Shown piece by piece: positions 37,961 through 47,248 of a stretch of DNA of 64,000 nucleotides. The translations under genes and the position numbers were made by a program. Origin of the DNA: Flavobacteria bacterium MS024-2A (lineage in GTDB: Bacteria > Bacteroidota > Bacteroidia > Flavobacteriales > Flavobacteriaceae); assembly GCA_905182305.1 (NCBI GenBank), contig CAJJBB010000001.1, positions 39,326 to 103,325 on the forward strand, read 5' to 3'. Position 1 is the first letter of the stretch. Each line of letters begins with the position of its first letter. The notes under the pieces are model-generated. The model had not been told where the DNA came from. It did no database searches and saw only the letters and a program-made list of their open reading frames with translations.

Positions 37961-39213
37961 TACAGACAAATTGGTCTCTTTTCTTTATTTTAATGACTAG
38001 CATGGTGCTAGCTCAAAGTGGTTCAGCATCCCCTTATTCATCTGGCGGCTTGGGAGAACGAAACTTTAATGGAACTCAGGCAACCAGGCACATGGGGGGT
38101 TTAGATGTCTTTACGGACTCTATTCATGCAAATTTAAATAACCCAGCTAGTTATGCTTTCCTGAAATTAACTACCTACTCGGTTGGTGTAAATTATCGAA
38201 ATAATAATATTGCTTCTATTACAGAATCTACAAATGCTGACACCGCTTCTCTTGACTATTTATCAGTTAGTATTCCTGCAGGAATTTTTGGATTTGGATT
38301 TGGTATAATTCCTTATTCTTCTGTGGGCTATAGAATTGAAGGTGTCTCTGGAGTAGATGGTTCAGAAACATTAAATCGTTATGAAGGAACTGGGGGTGTA
38401 AATCAAACGTATTTATCAGTAGGGGTTCCTCTAACAAAATTTCTTTCTTTTGGGGCTACTATTAATTATAATTTTGGAAATTTATTTTACAGAACAGGGC
38501 AGTTTACTGAGGGAGTAGATAACGGCACTTTTCTTACAAATCAATCTAGTTTGTCAGGATTAAACTTCTTACTTTCTGCACAAACAATTATTCCCATCAA
38601 AAAGAAATTTAAGCTCCAGGGGATGTTTTCTTATCAACCAGAGGCTTCACTAACATCTCAAAATGACCAAATATTTTACACACAATCACTTCTAAGTGAA
38701 TCACTTTCAGATTTTGTTGAAGTTGATCTTCAGCCTCTTGGTCTAGAAAAAACTTCTTTAGATGTTTCCGAAACAATACGTGCTGGTGTAGGTTTTGGGA
38801 AAAATAAAAAATGGTTTATAGGATTTCAAAGAAATTGGATTAAATCCGCTTATTTTGAAAATAATTTTTTTAATCGTGACAACATTAGCTACAGAGATTC
38901 TAAACAATGGTCTGTTGGAGGATTTTATATTCCAAATTACACTTCATTTACGAATTTTTGGAGTAGAGTTGTTTATAGATTTGGTTTACGTTCTGAACAA
39001 ATGGGTCTAATCGTAAATAACATTCCTTTAACAGAAACTGGCATATCTTTTGGAATGGGATTACCTTTAGGAGGCCTTTCGAATGTTAATGTTGGTCTTG
39101 AATTAAGTCAACGTGGTCAAAAAGAAGATAATTTGGTCAAAGAATCCCTTATTGCCTTACGCGTTGGATTATCGTTAAACGACATTTGGTTTATAAAAAG
39201 AAAGTATAATTAA
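37957..39213 (+). CDS. Predicted outer-membrane beta-barrel protein
   Basis: 418 aa with a signal peptide (LMTSMVLAQS). Gly/aromatic-rich alternating strands run throughout. Its start overlaps the coaX stop (ATGA). Family not recognised. Confidence 0.55.
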   Translation: MIQTNWSLFFILMTSMVLAQSGSASPYSSGGLGERNFNGTQATRHMGGLDVFTDSIHANLNNPASYAFLKLTTYSVGVNYRNNNIASITESTNADTASLDYLSVSIPAGIFGFGFGIIPYSSVGYRIEGVSGVDGSETLNRYEGTGGVNQTYLSVGVPLTKFLSFGATINYNFGNLFYRTGQFTEGVDNGTFLTNQSSLSGLNFLLSAQTIIPIKKKFKLQGMFSYQPEASLTSQNDQIFYTQSLLSESLSDFVEVDLQPLGLEKTSLDVSETIRAGVGFGKNKKWFIGFQRNWIKSAYFENNFFNRDNISYRDSKQWSVGGFYIPNYTSFTNFWSRVVYRFGLRSEQMGLIVNNIPLTETGISFGMGLPLGGLSNVNVGLELSQRGQKEDNLVKESLIALRVGLSLNDIWFIKRKYN

Positions 39214-39223
39214 AATTAATAAA

Positions 39224-40615
39224 ATGAAAAAGACACCTGTTTTAAGAGTAATGGTTTTAACTCTTTTATTTTATTTGCCTGTATTAGCTCAAGATACTGA
39301 CGTTTGCATGCAAGATTTATCCATTTTTGCAGAGTTTGCAAAAGTAAAAAATTACAAGTCGGCTTTCCAACCATGGATGAAGGTTAGAACAAGCTGTCCC
39401 TCAATTAATGCAGCTGTTTATTCTTATGGTGAAAGAATATTAAAAGATCTAATTAAAAACGGAACACCTGAGGAGGTGGCTTCTGCAAAAGAAGACATCA
39501 TTAAACTTTATGGAGAATGGATTGAATATTTTCCTAAAAGAAGAAATAAAAGTATCATTGGTGATGTTATAAGTAAAAAAGCTCAAGCCCTCTTAGATTT
39601 TAAGATTGGAACATTAAAAGAAGTTTACAACACTTTTGATATGGCCTATCAAAAAGATCCTACAAGCTTTACAAACCCCAAATTATTATACAACTATTTC
39701 AAAACATACTTCGACCTTTACAAAGCTGGTGACCAAGAAGTAACAATGGAGTCGTTATTTGAACAATACGAGGAGGTTTCAGAAAAATTCGATATTGAAA
39801 GTACAGCGCTTGCCAAAAAATTAGACATTATACTCAAGAAAGAAGAATCGGGAACTGCTTTATCTACTAAAGAAACTAGAAACAAAAGAGTGTATAATAT
39901 AAATTCAAATGCAATTGGAACTTACTTGAGAAATCTTGATGCAATTATAGTCAAGGAAGCTACATGTGAAAATCTAATTCCATTATATCAAAAAAACTTT
40001 GATGCTAATAAGGGAGATGTTATATGGTTAAAACGTGCAGCAAGTAGAATGGACAGTAAGGAGTGTTCTGATGATCCATTGTTTGTAACCTTAGTAGAGG
40101 CTTTACATGCCTTAGATCCTTCAGCTGATTCCGCATACTACCTTGGATTATTAAACGATAAGAGAGGAAATTCTAAAGAAGCTTTGAAGTACTATGAGGA
40201 GTCAATAATCTTAGAAGAGGACAACTACAAAAAGGCTAAAATTTTAATGAAGATTTCTAATAAATTTGAGATTGCAGGGCGAAAAGCATCTGCTCGAAAT
40301 TATGCTAATAAAGCATTAGGATACCAACCTTCGTTAGGGCGAGCTTATTTGTTGATTGCTCGTTTATATGCAGAAAGCGCTAATCAATGTGGTGATTCTC
40401 AATTTAACAAGCGCGCAGTATACTGGCTTGCAGAAAAAACAGCTCGAAAAGCAGGAAAGGTGGATGCCTCTCTTAAGAAAATTGTCACCCAAACTATTAA
40501 TAGTTATGGTGGAAGGGCGCCAAGTAAAACTGATATATTTACAGAAGGAAATGAAGGAACAACAATATCATTTAACTGCTGGATTAAAAGAAGTATCGTG
40601 GTGCCTTCACTTTAA
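39224..40615 (+). CDS. Tetratricopeptide-repeat protein, secreted
   Basis: 463 aa with a signal peptide. TPR-like helices occur near the C-terminus (YYLGLLNDKRGNSKEALKYYEESI..., ARNYANKALGYQP). Confidence 0.6.
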   Translation: MKKTPVLRVMVLTLLFYLPVLAQDTDVCMQDLSIFAEFAKVKNYKSAFQPWMKVRTSCPSINAAVYSYGERILKDLIKNGTPEEVASAKEDIIKLYGEWIEYFPKRRNKSIIGDVISKKAQALLDFKIGTLKEVYNTFDMAYQKDPTSFTNPKLLYNYFKTYFDLYKAGDQEVTMESLFEQYEEVSEKFDIESTALAKKLDIILKKEESGTALSTKETRNKRVYNINSNAIGTYLRNLDAIIVKEATCENLIPLYQKNFDANKGDVIWLKRAASRMDSKECSDDPLFVTLVEALHALDPSADSAYYLGLLNDKRGNSKEALKYYEESIILEEDNYKKAKILMKISNKFEIAGRKASARNYANKALGYQPSLGRAYLLIARLYAESANQCGDSQFNKRAVYWLAEKTARKAGKVDASLKKIVTQTINSYGGRAPSKTDIFTEGNEGTTISFNCWIKRSIVVPSL

Positions 40616-40618
40616 AAA

Positions 40619-41188
40619 ATGAATCAATTTTTATCAAACAATTTACTAAGTGTTATGATTTTAATCATAACACTTATACTTTCTTGTGAAGATAATGCTG
40701 ATGCATTAAAAGAACTGAGTATTGTCCGTCAAGATCCCTTAGCTACTGCACACAACATAAGGATGATTTATACTGATTCCATGAAAATTAAAGCTATTTT
40801 AACAGCGCCTAAACACGTGGACTTTACCAACCTTAGTTTTCGTTATGCAGAATTTCCAGAAGGCCTTAAAGTAGTTTTTTTTGACACTGCTGGTAATGAA
40901 AATGAAGTGTTAGCAGATTATGGAATTCTTTATGATGAAACTAAACTTATTGATCTTAGAGGGAATGTTCAATTGAAATCATATGATGGTTCTTTGCTTA
41001 ACACAGAGCAACTTTTTTGGGATGCTCAAACTGAGTGGCTCTTCACTGAAAAACCCTTCAAATTTAAAGATAAAGATTATGATTTTGATGCCCTCAGATT
41101 AGACACAAATAAAGATTTCACTAAATTTCAGACAGGAAACCTAATTGGAACTATAACCGTTTCAGAACCCTTAGACACCCTCCAATAG
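40619..41188 (+). CDS. lptC: LPS export system periplasmic protein LptC-like
   Basis: 189 aa with an N-terminal anchor. Shows the LptC/OstA-like beta-jellyroll pattern (MIYTDSMKIKAIL..., LKVVFFD..., LRGNVQLKS). Confidence 0.6.
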   Translation: MNQFLSNNLLSVMILIITLILSCEDNADALKELSIVRQDPLATAHNIRMIYTDSMKIKAILTAPKHVDFTNLSFRYAEFPEGLKVVFFDTAGNENEVLADYGILYDETKLIDLRGNVQLKSYDGSLLNTEQLFWDAQTEWLFTEKPFKFKDKDYDFDALRLDTNKDFTKFQTGNLIGTITVSEPLDTLQ

Positions 41189-41190
41189 CA

Positions 41191-41388
41191 ATGAAAAAAA
41201 ATTTAATTTCTGAAATACTATACTGGGTAATTGCCATTATATCACTATATGAAGCCTTTGTAAAATGGAGTAGTGAGCCTTCAAGAGCCATTCTATTTTT
41301 AGGTTTTGCAAGTGTTTCAATTTTTATGGCTATTTTTAGAAGACATTATCGAAAGAAATTTGACAAGCGGTCCAATTCATCTAAATGA
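41191..41388 (+). CDS. Small membrane protein (2 TM helices)
   Basis: 65 aa with a basic C-terminal tail. Tightly packed between lptC and the CorC-type gene (ATGA overlap). Confidence 0.45.
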   Translation: MKKNLISEILYWVIAIISLYEAFVKWSSEPSRAILFLGFASVSIFMAIFRRHYRKKFDKRSNSSK

Positions 41389-42659
41389 TCCAAACAGATT
41401 TAATTATTATTGTGTGCTTGATTCTCTCTGCCTTTTTTTCAGGTATGGAAATTGCCTTTGTTTCTTCCAACCGTATTTATCTTGAGATTGAAAAATCACA
41501 ACAAGGCTTCACCTCTAAAGTCTTAAAAAGTATTACCCAAAAACCTTCTCGATTTATTGCTACAATGCTTCTTGGGAATAACGTGGCTTTAGTACTTTAT
41601 GGAATTTTTATGGGTGATAGGATTTTACAGATTTTTTATCCACAGACTTTATTATCAGGAGAAACTAGCTTATTTATTGTTTTTTATCAAACATTAATTT
41701 CTACAGCAATTATATTATTAACTGCTGAATTTTTACCTAAAGTTTTCTTTCGGTTATATGCAAATACTTTTATAAAAATATTCTCAATTCCAGTAGCATT
41801 TTTTTACGCATTTTTTTACCCGATTACTTTTTTAATTATTGAATTTACAGATTTAATTCTAAAGCAATTTTTTAAAACAGGCTCTGATAAAGTTCAATTG
41901 TCTTTTTCAAAAGTAGAATTAGGAAACTATATTGATGAACAACTTGAATCTTTTAATGACAAAGAGAATTTGGATTCTGAAATTCAAATTTTCCAAAATG
42001 CATTAGATTTTTCTGAAGTTAAAACAAGAGAAGCGATGGTTCCACGTGCAGAGGTCATTGCAGTTGAAGAAAAAACCTCTATTGAAGATATTAAAGAATT
42101 GTTTATTTCTACCGGCTTGTCTAAAATACCTGTTTACAAAGAGACTATCGATCATATTTTAGGATATGTCCACGCTTTTGAGATTATTAAAAAACCTAAA
42201 ACCCTTATAAACATATTACTGCCCGTTGCCTATATTCCGGAAACAATGCTTGTAAACGATGTATTGAAATTATTAACACGTCAACACAAAAGCATAGCTG
42301 TAGTTATTGATGAGTATGGAGGAACTTCAGGAATAGTCACGGTGGAAGATATTGTAGAAGAATTATTTGGTGAAATTGAAGATGAATTTGATACCATTGC
42401 CCATTTGGAAAAACAATTATCGGAAAATTCATATTCTTTTTCAGCACGTTTAGAAGTAGATTATCTCAATCAAAAGTATGATTTAGATTTACCAGAAAGT
42501 GAGTTTTATGAAACTCTAGGAGGAATGATAGCCTATACTACAGGAGAAATTCCAGATAAAAATGCTTATATTGAAATTCCTCCTTTTACAATGAAAATCG
42601 AAAAAGTATCTGCCACTAAATTGGAGCAGATTACACTAACCAAAACAGAAATGGGCTAA
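41385..42659 (+). CDS. CNNM/CBS-pair/CorC_HlyC family membrane protein (hemolysin-like, GldE paralogue)
   Basis: 424 aa with the same architecture as GldE (shared core VVIDEYGGTSGIVTVEDIVEE). Confidence 0.8.
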   Translation: MIQTDLIIIVCLILSAFFSGMEIAFVSSNRIYLEIEKSQQGFTSKVLKSITQKPSRFIATMLLGNNVALVLYGIFMGDRILQIFYPQTLLSGETSLFIVFYQTLISTAIILLTAEFLPKVFFRLYANTFIKIFSIPVAFFYAFFYPITFLIIEFTDLILKQFFKTGSDKVQLSFSKVELGNYIDEQLESFNDKENLDSEIQIFQNALDFSEVKTREAMVPRAEVIAVEEKTSIEDIKELFISTGLSKIPVYKETIDHILGYVHAFEIIKKPKTLINILLPVAYIPETMLVNDVLKLLTRQHKSIAVVIDEYGGTSGIVTVEDIVEELFGEIEDEFDTIAHLEKQLSENSYSFSARLEVDYLNQKYDLDLPESEFYETLGGMIAYTTGEIPDKNAYIEIPPFTMKIEKVSATKLEQITLTKTEMG

Positions 42660-42720
42660 CCCTTTTTCTATAAGAAAACTATTTAAAGACAATGCGCTTT
42701 CTTAATTCAAAGGAATACCT

Positions 42721-42728
42721 TAATTTTG
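42721..42728 (+). promoter_or_regulatory. -7 promoter box TAATTTTG upstream of ppiD
   Basis: TAnnTTTG match, 23 nt upstream of the ATG at 42751. Confidence 0.4.
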
Positions 42729-42750
42729 CATACTATTAAAAGTAGCAACT

Positions 42751-44865
42751 ATGGCAGTTTTAGGAAAAATTAGACAGCAATCCATTTTCTTGATTTTAGT
42801 AATTGGAATGGCGCTTTTCGCATTTGTAATTTCAGGAGTTTTTGGCGCAAATTCTGCAACTACTGGCCCAACTGATCCTGTTGCAGTAATCAATGATGAT
42901 GAAGTTGAAATAAACTTTTTCCGTCAGATGGTTGAGCAAACAGAGAGAACATACAACTATTCAACATTACAATCTGTAAATTTGGTATGGAATCAAGCAT
43001 TAAGAAATACTATTTTTGAGCAACAATTTGAAAGTTTAGGAATTGATGCAGGGAAAGATCAGTTAGAGCAAATTATTTCTTCAGATGAAAATGTTATAAG
43101 TAACCCTAATTTTCAAAATGAAGCAGGTTTTTTTGACTTCGGAATCTTCACAGATTATATTGCACAAATGAAAATTGAAAATCCAGTTGCCTATGATAAT
43201 TGGAAATCTCAAGAACAAAGTATTATTGGGGTTGCAAAACAAAAAATATATTTAGACCTAATTATGTCGAGTGCAGGTATTACAGAGGCTGAAGCAAAAC
43301 AAAGTTATCACCTCGAAAATGACAATATTAACATTCAATATGTTCAAATTAAATTTGACACTTTAGAAGACAGCCTAGTAGTGGTTTCTGATGCTGAAAT
43401 CAAAAATTATATAAATTCACACGCTGCTGATTACCAAAGAAAAGCTTCTAAAAACATACAATATGTTTCGTTTGAAGAAAACCCAACACAAGACGATCTT
43501 TCTTCAATCAGGCTTCGTTTAGAGGCTCTTAAAGAAGAACGCATTGCTTATAATGATGTGTCAAAACTTACTGACACAATTGAAGGTTTTAGAAAGACAA
43601 AAAACATTGCAGATTTCATAGATGAATACTCAGAAATTTCATTTGACTCAGTGTACCGTTCAAGAGGTCAGTTCAATAATGAATATGCCGATATTTTATT
43701 TAAACTAAATAAAGGAGAAGTATTTGGTCCTTATCGTGACGGTGATATGTTTAAGATCTCTAGGCTTATTGATATAAAGAAAAACGCATCTCTTAGGGCA
43801 AGTCATATTTTAATTTCTTTTAAAGGAGCTACTCGAGCATCAGTAACGATACAACGTTCAAAAGCTGAAGCTAAAAGAGAAGCCAATAGGATCTTTCGTT
43901 TGACAAAAAGAAAATCAAATGATTTTGTAGATCTAGCTAAACAATATTCGGAGGGACCTACCAAGACAAAAGGAGGTGATCTAGGGTTTTTTGAAAAAGG
44001 AGATATGGCTCAAGAGTTTTATGATTTTACTAATAAAAATAGAATTGGGAAAGTTGGATTGGTAGAAACAGAGTTTGGTTTTCATATAATTAAGGTAACA
44101 GATAAAGATGATTTGGCATTAATAGCGGATGTTGTTGCTGCTGCCGTTCCATCTGATAAAACATCAAATGAAGTTTTCAGAAATGCAACTCAATTTGAGG
44201 TAGATACTAATGATACTAAAGATTTTATAGCCACTGCAGAGCAAAAAAAATATGTCGTACGTCCTGTAAAGAATATTACAGCTTTAGAAGAAAATTTACC
44301 TGGTTTAATTGGACAAAGAACAATTGTTCGTTGGGCTTTTGAAGAAGATACAAATGTGGGTGATATTAAAAGATTTTCACTTCCAAAAGGAGGATATGCA
44401 GTGGTTCAATTAACCGCAGATTTAAAAGAAGGACTTGCTAGTATTGACGAAGTAAAAAAATCAGTGCAAAAAATCATTGAAAATGATAAAAAAGCAACGC
44501 TTATTAAAAAACAATTTAAAGACAAAACAACATTAGATGCTCTAGTGGCAGATGATACTTTTACGATAGAAAACGCATCAGCAATTAATCAAAAGAATCC
44601 AACTTTAGTGGGTGCTGGAAACGAACCTTATGTTGTAGGAGCTGCATTTGCTCTAGAAGAAGGGCAAATCTCTGATTTTATAAAAGGCGAAAATGGCGTG
44701 TTTAAAGTAATATTATTGAAAAAAAATATAGTTGATGATTTAGAAGATTATACTCCTTTTATCAATAAGATGATGCGTAATGTTAGTTCTAGACTTACAG
44801 AAAGTGTTTTTAAAGCTTTAGAGTCTGTTGCTACTATTGATGATAACAGAGCACTTTACTATTAA
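42751..44865 (+). CDS. ppiD: Periplasmic chaperone / peptidyl-prolyl isomerase PpiD-like (SurA_N plus parvulin)
   Basis: 704 aa with an N-terminal anchor. The parvulin core reads ASHILISFKG...GGDLGFFEKGDMAQEF...GFHIIKV. Confidence 0.8.
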   Translation: MAVLGKIRQQSIFLILVIGMALFAFVISGVFGANSATTGPTDPVAVINDDEVEINFFRQMVEQTERTYNYSTLQSVNLVWNQALRNTIFEQQFESLGIDAGKDQLEQIISSDENVISNPNFQNEAGFFDFGIFTDYIAQMKIENPVAYDNWKSQEQSIIGVAKQKIYLDLIMSSAGITEAEAKQSYHLENDNINIQYVQIKFDTLEDSLVVVSDAEIKNYINSHAADYQRKASKNIQYVSFEENPTQDDLSSIRLRLEALKEERIAYNDVSKLTDTIEGFRKTKNIADFIDEYSEISFDSVYRSRGQFNNEYADILFKLNKGEVFGPYRDGDMFKISRLIDIKKNASLRASHILISFKGATRASVTIQRSKAEAKREANRIFRLTKRKSNDFVDLAKQYSEGPTKTKGGDLGFFEKGDMAQEFYDFTNKNRIGKVGLVETEFGFHIIKVTDKDDLALIADVVAAAVPSDKTSNEVFRNATQFEVDTNDTKDFIATAEQKKYVVRPVKNITALEENLPGLIGQRTIVRWAFEEDTNVGDIKRFSLPKGGYAVVQLTADLKEGLASIDEVKKSVQKIIENDKKATLIKKQFKDKTTLDALVADDTFTIENASAINQKNPTLVGAGNEPYVVGAAFALEEGQISDFIKGENGVFKVILLKKNIVDDLEDYTPFINKMMRNVSSRLTESVFKALESVATIDDNRALYY

Positions 44866-44931
44866 TAAATGTGTGCTTATTCAGATAAAATCTCCGAAAT
44901 TCATTTGGAGGTTAATTTTTAAATTTAAAAA

Positions 44932-45852
44932 TTATTTACACGAGTAGATCATTTCTTCAAAAGGAATAACAGTTTCAAATCCTTTTCGATTAAAATAGCG
45001 AGGTGAATCTAAATCTCCAGAGGCTATAATAAAATCACCACCCCAAGCACCAAGACTTTTAATAGCACCATCATAATCAGAAAATAAAAGTTCTTTAATG
45101 GTTTTTTTTTGAAGTATTCTAGCGATTATTTCTTCATGTTTTTCAATAAGAATATTAAATGATTCCTGAGTTTTACATCTCAATATATCGTTGGTAATGG
45201 TATCTAATTCTTTGAGAGACTCCTTGTTAAAGGTAGAAGGCTTTATTCCTTTTATGGCATCAAGGCTGCTTTGCTTTTGATTAAGGAATATAAAATATAA
45301 GTTTTCTCTAAAATCAGGATTAAAAAAGACTTTTTCGATAAGAGGATCTAATTTATTTCTGGTGTAACAAATAGGATTCTTTGAAACGGCACAAGCTAAA
45401 TCATAGCCACTCCCACCAAAGCTATGTTCTAATAAATCATATGCATTTACACTTGCCCACTGTGCAATATTAGACACCAAGGTAGAAGAGGTTCCAAGAC
45501 CCCATAGTCTGTCAAATTCTAAGAATGTTTTCACCTGTCCTCCTTGACTCTTCAGAAAATAAGGATTAAGTACTAGTGCCCTTTTTAATATTGAAGATAA
45601 TCTCGTCGAAATAGAGGCATTAGAAGAGGTTATTATAGAGCATGAAGGCAATTGAAATTTTGCTTTAAACCAAGAATTATTGTTTACATCAAAACTTTCC
45701 CACATTAATTCATTGGAGTCTAGAGGTTCGAAAGTTAATTTTTGACCTTTTTGACAGGGCAGTGCTAAGGCACGTGCACCATTTAAAACTGCATATTCAC
45801 TAGTAAGCAATAATTTTCCACGTCCGTAAAAAGAGAGTGTTTTATGTTTCAT
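44932..45852 (-). CDS. GYDIA-family GHMP kinase (mevalonate-pathway associated)
   Basis: About 306 aa. Carries the GHMP motif region GLGTSSTLV and GSGYDLACAV (a GYDIA-like signature). The ATG at 45852 overlaps the HMG-CoA reductase stop by 11 nt. The track start at 45870 is a GTG. Confidence 0.75.
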   Translation of the reverse strand: MKHKTLSFYGRGKLLLTSEYAVLNGARALALPCQKGQKLTFEPLDSNELMWESFDVNNNSWFKAKFQLPSCSIITSSNASISTRLSSILKRALVLNPYFLKSQGGQVKTFLEFDRLWGLGTSSTLVSNIAQWASVNAYDLLEHSFGGSGYDLACAVSKNPICYTRNKLDPLIEKVFFNPDFRENLYFIFLNQKQSSLDAIKGIKPSTFNKESLKELDTITNDILRCKTQESFNILIEKHEEIIARILQKKTIKELLFSDYDGAIKSLGAWGGDFIIASGDLDSPRYFNRKGFETVIPFEEMIYSCK

Positions 45853-47158
45853 TTGAGTGTAAAAAATCACTTACGGCCTTTACGCTTACCGTATTTTTTT
45901 TAAAATAATTAAGAGCAGCTTCTTTTTGGACTGATTTTGCACCTAATTGATTTAAAATATTAAATAAGTGCATTTTCATATGTCCTTTCTGGATCCCTGA
46001 GGTGACCAAAGAACGTAATGCAGCAAAATTTTGTGCCAAGCCAGCTACTGCGACAATTTCCATTAATTTCTTGGCATCAGGATTTCCCAAAAGTTCCATA
46101 CTCCATCCTACCATTGGATGAAGTTTAGTGAGCCCGCCTACAGTTCCTAGGGCTAAGGGAAGTATCAACTCCATAGTGAATTGATCATCAATAATTGAGG
46201 CCTTGCTTAAGGATGTATATTGCCCATTACGAGCTGCATATGCATGTACCCCAGCTTCTATGGCTCTAAAGTCATTTCCAGTCGCAATAATTAAGGCATC
46301 AACTCCATTCATTATTCCTTTATTATGGGTTACGGCTCGAAAAGTTTCGCAACTAGCAATAGCAACTGCCTGTACTATTTTTTCAGCAAATTTCTTTCCA
46401 GAAAGACCTTCTTGATGCTCAATCTCATCAAGGGAACAAGAAACACTTGCTTTTACCAGACATTCAGGCACATAGTTTGAAAGGATACTCATTACTATTT
46501 CAATAGAGGCCTCTTTTTCCATAAAAAAAGTCTCTTTTGCTGCAAGGTTTTCAAAAGTTGTGGCTAATGATTCTAAACAAGAATTAATAAAATTAGCACC
46601 CATGGCATCCGCAGTTTTAAAGCGAACATTTAATTGATAGTAATTGTGAAGAGCAGTTGTTTTAGACACCAAATCTAAGCTTACAATCCCTCCACCACGA
46701 AGTTCCATTTTTTGAGTTAATTCTGAAGTGGCATGTAACAGGGTTTTTTTGTTTTTTTCAAAAAAGGCATAAAGTAGTTTAGGGTTTCCTTTATACATAA
46801 AATGTACTTGCCCTACTTTTAAGGTATCAATCACCACTGTTTTAAAACCTCCTTTATTTAACCAAAATTTTGCTGCATTTCCAGCAGCAGCTACTACCGA
46901 ACTCTCTTCTATTACCATTGGTAATGTGAAGAGGGATTCATTAATTAAAAAATTTGGCGCTACACCCAAAGGCATGTAAAAGTTAGTGAGTGTGTTTTCA
47001 ATGAACTCATCATGCTTTGTTTGTAAACTTGGATCCGAATTCCAATATGAGCTTAGCTGAGAGGCTGCAGCTGATGAGTTTTTAAAATGAGTGCGAGTAA
47101 TCCAATCAATTTTTTCTTCTTTTGATAGTTTGGAAAACCCGTCAATCCTCTTGTCCAT
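45842..47158 (-). CDS. Hydroxymethylglutaryl-CoA reductase, class II
   Basis: 438 aa. Carries ENTLTNFYMPLGVAPNFLINE, DAMGANFIN, THNKGIMNGVDA and GTVGG motifs. Confidence 0.9.
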   Translation of the reverse strand: MDKRIDGFSKLSKEEKIDWITRTHFKNSSAAASQLSSYWNSDPSLQTKHDEFIENTLTNFYMPLGVAPNFLINESLFTLPMVIEESSVVAAAGNAAKFWLNKGGFKTVVIDTLKVGQVHFMYKGNPKLLYAFFEKNKKTLLHATSELTQKMELRGGGIVSLDLVSKTTALHNYYQLNVRFKTADAMGANFINSCLESLATTFENLAAKETFFMEKEASIEIVMSILSNYVPECLVKASVSCSLDEIEHQEGLSGKKFAEKIVQAVAIASCETFRAVTHNKGIMNGVDALIIATGNDFRAIEAGVHAYAARNGQYTSLSKASIIDDQFTMELILPLALGTVGGLTKLHPMVGWSMELLGNPDAKKLMEIVAVAGLAQNFAALRSLVTSGIQKGHMKMHLFNILNQLGAKSVQKEAALNYFKKNTVSVKAVSDFLHSNET

Positions 47159-47248
47159 AGTATTTTTTTATAAAGATACAGATTTTGAATCCCCGTATAA
47201 ATTATGATTGAGTAGATTTCACTAAATTGCATTTACATACATTTTAAT

